Below are positions 57,901-64,000 of a DNA stretch of 64,000 nt, one piece after another (the first letter of the stretch is position 1; the number at the start of each line of letters is the position of its first letter). A program made the position numbers and the translations under genes. Source of the DNA: Scenedesmus sp. PABB004. Lineage: Eukaryota. The stretch is from the NCBI GenBank assembly GCA_014905635.1, contig JABVCE010000005.1:310001-374000 (forward strand). Reading direction: 5' to 3'. The notes under the pieces are model-generated. The model made no database searches. It was not told where the DNA came from and was given only the letters and a program-made list of their open reading frames with translations.

Positions 57901-60900
57901 GCGCCAGCAGACCAGCTCCTGCCTCTGCCTCGGGTGCGCGCGCGCGGCGCGAGCCGGCGCGGCCTCCGACGCGCGCGCCTCGCCGCCGGCTGGGCCGCCG
58001 ACGCGCGCGCGCGCGCGCCGCGCCGCGCCGCGCCGCGCCGCGCCGCAGGCACGTGCGCCGCTGGCTCGGCGGCGCCGACGCGGCCCTTGCGTCGGCGGAC
58101 GCGCTGGTGCTGGACACGGGCACCTACTACCTGCCGAGCCTGGCGCAGGTCATCCCCGCGGCCGCGGGCGAGCCGGGCCGCCGCCCGGCGCGCCCGAGCT
58201 CGCGACGCCGCGGGCGGTCGCCGGCACCGACGACGCCGCGGTCGCGGCCGCGGCCGCCGCGGTCGCGCGGCTCGGCGGCACGAGCGGCGGGCTCGCGGGG
58301 CTGCACCTCTTCACAGTGCTGCCGCGGGCGCTGCAGTCGCGCGCCAGGGCCTGGATGGGGCGGCTCAACTTCTACGAGCCCGCGCAGCAGCTGAGCCGCA
58401 GCTACTTCGACGCCCCGGGTGCGCCGAAGCCCGCCGCCCCAGCCGCCGCTGCTGTCGCCGCCGCCGCCGGCGCCGCCGCCGCCGCCGTGCTGCCCGCGCA
58501 CGGCGTCACCGCCACCCCCTGCCGCGCCCGCCGCCGCCGCCGCGCAGGCGCGGGCGTGGCGGAGTTTGCGTTGGGGCCGTGGCAGGCTCTCGCCCGGGCG
58601 AGCGCGCGCCGCTGCCGCCGGTGACCATGGTCTTTGCCGTCGTCGAGGGCGGCCGCACGCTCGTGCGCAAGCGCCCCGAGATGGGCCGCCTGCTGCACAC
58701 GAGCATCGTGCAGCTCATGCAGGCGCGGCGCGCCGCTTGGCGCGCGCAGCACGCGCACCGGACCCCGGCCGGCGGGCAGCGCGCCCGGCGCGGGGCGCCG
58801 CCGGCACCCGGCGCCGCCGGCGCCGCCGCACGGCCTCACCGCCCGCCGCGCGCCGCCGCCGCCGCCAGGTGCTGCTGCTCGCGCTGCCGGAGCACGACGG
58901 CCGGCGCGACGGCATCCTGTGCCGCGTGCAGGAGGGGGAGCTGAAGTTTATGCTTGCCTTCAGGGACCCCGCGCGCGCGGCAGAGTGGGCCCTGCTGCTC
59001 ATGGTGCGGCCTGCACCGCGCGCCGGCGCGCGCTGCCGCGGCGGCCGCGCCTGCGCGTGTGGCGCCGCGCGTCGCCCGCCTCCCGGCGCCGCGCTCACCG
59101 CGCGCGCTCCGCAGGAGACGCTGCGCTCGGTGCCGTGGCCGGTGGACGTGGCGGACGAGTTTGATCCGCTCGGCCCAGTCGCCGCGCTGGACGGCGGCGC
59201 CGGCGCGGGCGGGCCGCGGCCGGGGCCCACAATCAAGATGGGCATGGCTGAGGGCGTGCCGCACGCGGTGTACCCGGACCACCTGGTGCGCTGGGCCGCC
59301 GCGCCCGCGCGAGCCGCCGCTCTCGCTGGCGCGCGCGCGCACGCGCGCCGCGCGCTCACGCGCCCACGCCGCCGCCGCGCCGCCGCCGCAGGGCCGCGCC
59401 GACTACTCCGGGCCGAGCGTCAACCTCGCGGCGCGCCTGATGGACGCCGCGGCGGGGGGCGGCCTGTTCGTCACGACCGCGGAGCTGGCGGACCGCATCT
59501 TCTGGTGCGGACGCCGCCCTCCTGCCCTGCTGGGGCTCACCCGTGCGCGCCGCTGCACGCGCCGCCGGCCGCGGGGCCGCCGCGGCTGAACGTTGCCGCG
59601 CCCGCCCGCCCGCCCGCCCGCCGCCGCGCGCGCGCCGCGCAGCACGTGGCGCTTCGAGGCGGAGCTCGGCCTGGACGTGCCGGAGCCCGCCACGTCGCCG
59701 CGCGCGCGCCAGGACGCCGTGGCGGCCAGCTTCTCGCAGCCGCTCGCAAGCCTCGACCACGCCGCCGTGGCGCTGCCGCAGCAGTCGAGCAGCGCCGACA
59801 CGCTGCGCCTGCTGCCGGCGGGCGCGGCGTTCGACCCGCACAGCCCGCCGTCCAACTTTGCGCTGCCGCGCATCCCCAGCACGACCGAGGGAGGCTCGCA
59901 GGCCGAGACGCCGCGCGTGATGCTGCGCGGCGCGAGCGGCGGCCTCGCGAGCGCGGTCAGCAGCGGCAGCGAGCCGCAGGCGGGCGACCAGGGCGCCGGC
60001 AGCGGCAGCACCGGCACGCGGCGCCCGGCGCCGCGGCCGTCGCGGTCGCGCCAGGAGCTGCTGCGGCAGCTCATGCAGAAGAGTGAGCGGCGCGCGCGCG
60101 CGTATCGCGCCCGCGCGGCGCCGCGCGGCGCGCGCGCGGGCGGCCGCCCGCCGGCGGGCTCGCCGGCCGCGCCCGCCCGACCGCGCCGCCCCGCCCGCCC
60201 GCGGCGCGCCGCCGCCGCCACCACCGCTCGCCGGCAGGCTCGCTGCTGGCGGAGGGCGCTGACTACCCGTCGCGGCTGGTCCACGTCACCGCGCACGCGC
60301 GCGGCACGTGGGCGTTCAAGGGCTGCGGCGCCGCCGACGTGGTGTCGCTGACGACCGAGGCGCTCGCGGCCGGCGCGGCCGGCGGCAGCGTCGGCGCCGC
60401 CCGGCCCACGGCGGCCAAGGGCGCGCTGCTGGCGGTGAGCAGCGGTCCGGTGATGGGGCTGACGGACTGCCCCATGCTCCTGCCCGACGTGCTGCCCACG
60501 CTGCAGCGCGCGTGGGCGGCGGCGCGCAGCGCCGCGGCCGCCACCGAGCACGCGGCGGCGGCGGCGCGGCAGGCGACGACGGCGAGCTTTGCCGTCTTCA
60601 CCGAGCCGCCCGACACGCAGCGCGGCGAGCGCGGCAACGCGCTGCTGCGCGGCACGGCGCTGCTCGGCAGCAGCGTGCGGCGCATGTCGATGGCCGCCAC
60701 CGGCGGCCGCGACCAGGCGGGCGAGCTGGAGGCCGCCGGGCGCAGCTCGAGCTTCAGGCACGACACAGGCGGGCCGCCCAAGGCGGGCGCGGCCGCGCTG
60801 CGCGGCCCGCCAGCAGCGGCGGCAGCTTCACACGCTTCGCTGGCAGCTTCCACCGCCGCAGCCTGGACGCGCGCCAGCAGGGCGCGCGGGCGGGCGCCGG

Positions 60901-61090
60901 CGAGAGCGCGGCGCCGCCCGATCAGCAGGGCGGCGGTGGCGGCGGCGGCGGCGGCGGCGGCAGCGGCAGCGACGGCGGCCGGGCGCGCGCGCCCGCGCCG
61001 GCGGGGCAGCAGCCCCCGGCGCGCCAGGAGGCGGCCGAGGGCGGCGGCGCAGGCAGTGACGCGGGTGCCGCCGCCGACCTGCCCCGGTGA
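53103..61090 (+). CDS. Receptor nucleotidyl cyclase: signal peptide, LRR ectodomain, one TM, two class III cyclase domains
   Basis: LLPLLLAVLLLLA; YCGWYGVDC cap; plant-type LRRs; TM ~56034-56115; LVVTDIEKFS, EQEGDSW, LRVRMGV, AQGGQVLL; then IKMGM, GRADYSGPSVNLAARL, GTWAFKG. 3' end approximate. Confidence 0.85.
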
Positions 61091-61825
61091 GGGGCGAGCG
61101 GGCAAACAAACAAAACAACGGGCTCGTGTTGCGGGGGCGGACGCCGAGGGTTGGGCGGGGCTGAGGCGCAGGGCGCGGCGCACTCCCCACGGCAGCGGCG
61201 CGCGGCACGCGCCGGCAAACGCATTGCATGTGCAGCTAACGGCTGCCCGGGCGCAGGCGGGGCTTGGAGCCAAAGGCTGTGCGCGCGAATGGCGGGGGTT
61301 CTCACATCACACACAACGCTGCGACGCCTGCTCCAGTGCCTGCACTGGCGTGCAGGCCGGTGGAGGGCTCTCTACATCCCTGCCATTGCTAAGACCTCTG
61401 CACTGACCTGTTCGTGATCGCGTGCGCGACAACGTGAAGCGCGGCGGCACCACATCCGTTGCTGCTGCGCGGCGGCGCGGCGCCATGCGCGCGCCGCGCG
61501 CAGGGCTGTAGGGCGCAGCGAGGGTTGAACGGCCGCCCAGGCCCTGCGGCCGGCGGCGCGCGGCCTGGCGGCGCCGCCCCCGCGCGGCGCGCACGTGTTC
61601 TGTACTGTAATTCTGAGCCACACCCCCTGTGCCGGCTGCCCCTGTTTGCCCCCGTGCGCGCGCCGCCACTGCTGCTGCCGTCGCGCCGCCGCCCCATCTC
61701 TGCTGCTGCTGCTGCTCGGGGAGAGTCACGCACGCACGGCCGCACGCACGGCCGGCGACTCGCCCGAGCGATCCAGGCGGCGGCGGCGTCGGGGGCCGCG
61801 CGGGACGGCAGCAGCAGCACAGCAG

Positions 61826-64000
61826 ATGGGGCTGGCGCGCCGGAAGGCGCCGCCGCCCAGCAGCGGGGGCGGATATGACACAGACGGCCAGGTGCGGGGG
61901 CCGTGGACGTCGTCGCGGGCAGAGCGGGCGTCGCAGCACCGAGGGGCGCCCGCGAACGCCTCGCAGGACGGCACCGACGTCGAGGGCACCGACAAGGAGG
62001 ACGGCCCCACCCCCCAGGAGGCCGCGGTGAGCGCACCGCGCGGGCGCGGCCGTGGGGCGCGCCGCGGAGGCCCGCGCGCGCCGCGGCGGCGCGCAACCGC
62101 CGCGCCCGCCGCCCGCGCAGCACAAGCGCGTCGCGTCGCTGCGCACGCGCACGGTGAGCACGGTGGCCATGATCGGCGGCTTCCTGGTCATGATCTACGC
62201 CGGACACGTGCCGCTCGTGTTCCTCGTGCTGTCGCTGCAGGCGCGGCCGCCGCGCGGCCGCCGTTCCCGCCCCGCCGCCGCCGCCGCGCCGCCGCGCGCT
62301 TCAACCCGCCAACGCCCCGGCGCGCGCCGTTTGTTTGACTGCGCGCCGCTTGGTGCGCGCCCGCGCAGTTCCTGATGGTCAAGGAGCTCTTCATGCTCGC
62401 GCGCGTGGCGCAGAAGGACATGCGCCTCCCCGGCTTCCGCGCGCAGCAGTGGTACTTTTTCTTCGTCGCCACCTTCTACCTCTACCTCAGGCGCGCGCGC
62501 TGTGTGGGAGGGGCGGGGGGGGGGGGGCTGCGTGGCGAGGGAGCAGGCAGCGCGCACGGACGGCGGCGGACGGGCGCGCGCGCCGCCGCCCCGCTCCCGG
62601 CGCACACCCCCGGCGGCCCCGCGCACCCTCCCCCCCCAACACACACAGGTTCATCAAGAACAACCTGCTCGTCGAGCTCACCAGCAGCCGCTACAGCAGC
62701 GCGCTCGCGTGGCTGCTGCGCCGCCACACGCTCGCGGCGTACTCGCTCTACATGGCCGGTGCGCGCTGCACAGCGCAGCGCGCCGCGCTGAACGCGCCGC
62801 GGCGGCGCGCCCCACGCGGCGGCGGGCGCCCTGCGGCGAGCGCGCCCCACGGCGGCAGCCGCGCGGCAGCCCGGCAGCGGCAGCCCGGCAGCGGCAGCGC
62901 GGCAGCGGCAGCGCGGCAGCGGCCGTGCAGGTGGCGGCGGCGGCCGGCGCGCCGCGCGGGCGCCGACTCGCCCCGCCCCCTCTCCCCTGCTCGCCCCCCT
63001 CACCTCATCCCTCTCCTCACCCCTCACCCCACCCCTCCCCAGGCTTTGTCATGTTTGTGCTGAGCCTGCAGCGCGGGAGCTACCTCTACCAGTTTGGGCA
63101 GTACGCGTGGACGCACATGATCCTGCTGACCGTGTTTGTGCCGAGCAGCTTCTTCGTGAGCAACATCTTCGAGGGCCTCATCTGGTTCCTCCTCCCCTCC
63201 GCGCTCATCATCACCAACGACATCATGGCCTACCTCGCAGGTGGTGGCCCGCGGCGCGGGGCGGGGCAGGGCGGCGGCGCGGGGCGGCGTGCGTGCGTGT
63301 GGGCGTGGGTGTGGGTGTGTGTGTGTGGGGGGGGGGGGGGGGGGCGTGTGGCGCAGGGCTGCGCGCGGCGGCGGCGGGCAGCCGCCGAGTGCGCCCGCCG
63401 CGCTGCCGCCACGCCACCGCCACCCACCGCGCGCCGCCGTCGCCGCAGGCTTTTTCTTCGGGCGCACGCCGCTGATCAAGCTGTCGCCCAAGAAGACCTG
63501 GGAGGGCTTCATCGGCGGCTGCGTGGGCACCATGGTCTGCGCCGCGGTGCTCGCAGACGCGCTGAGCCGCTTCGCCTGGATGACCTGCCCCCGCCAGGTG
63601 GGCGTGGCCGCGGCGCCCCGCGGGCGCCGCGCGGCCGCGGCGCCGCAGACCGCCCCGCGGCGGCGACGCGAGGCGAGGCGTGGCGGCCGCTGCGGCGCCG
63701 CTGACCGCGGCGGCGGGCCCCGCGCGGCGTGGCGCGGCGCGCGTGCAGGACCTGTCGCTGGGCCCGCTGTCCTGCACGCCCGACCCCATCTACTCACTTC
63801 ACACCTACACCCTCGCCGACGTGGCGGGCCACCTGCCGCCGGGCGCGGTCGAGGCCGCGCGCGCCGCCGCGGCGCAGCTGCCGGCGGGGCTGCCGGGCCG
63901 GCTCGGCGGGCTGACGCTGCGCTTCCGGCCGATCGCGCTGCACGCGATGGTCCTCGCCGTCTTCGCCTCCTTTGTCGCGCCGTTTGGTGCGCGCCGCGCG
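61826..64000 (+). CDS. CDS1: Phosphatidate cytidylyltransferase (CDP-DAG synthase), 3'-partial
   Basis: [53 protein letters not shown]. Confidence 0.95.

Overview
Very GC-rich (roughly 75-80% by eye), intron-rich eukaryotic nuclear DNA. Gene content, CTGAC branch points and TGTAA polyA signals suggest a chlorophyte green alga (inference). Most ORFs in the six-frame track are GC-bias artefacts; about 20 real genes can be read as exon chains. Left to right: SNF2 helicase (PICH/CHR24-like, partial); small 2-TM protein; a ~6 kb inverted duplication (SFI1-like gene, small membrane-protein gene, variant U1 snRNA gene) around a unique 5.4 kb spacer (small ORF, FIT-like protein, patatin, methyltransferase); multi-RRM protein; DEK-C plus four PC4 domains; PWWP-ARID protein; an SPX gene inside a second complex inverted/direct duplication; Zn-finger/UBA protein; FAD monooxygenase; a secreted papain-LysM-multi-LRR protein; a DUF4551-like gene; an LRR-TM-tandem class III cyclase receptor; CDP-DAG synthase (partial). 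Best leads: (1) the papain-LysM-LRR protein and neighbouring LRR receptor cyclase as a possible algal recognition/defence module, (2) the U1-bounded inverted repeat, (3) frequent GC-AG introns alongside a variant U1. Several 1-4 nt frameshifts sit in homopolymer or CG runs and may be sequencing errors. All family calls come from motif reading by eye, not database searches; exon boundaries are approximate.
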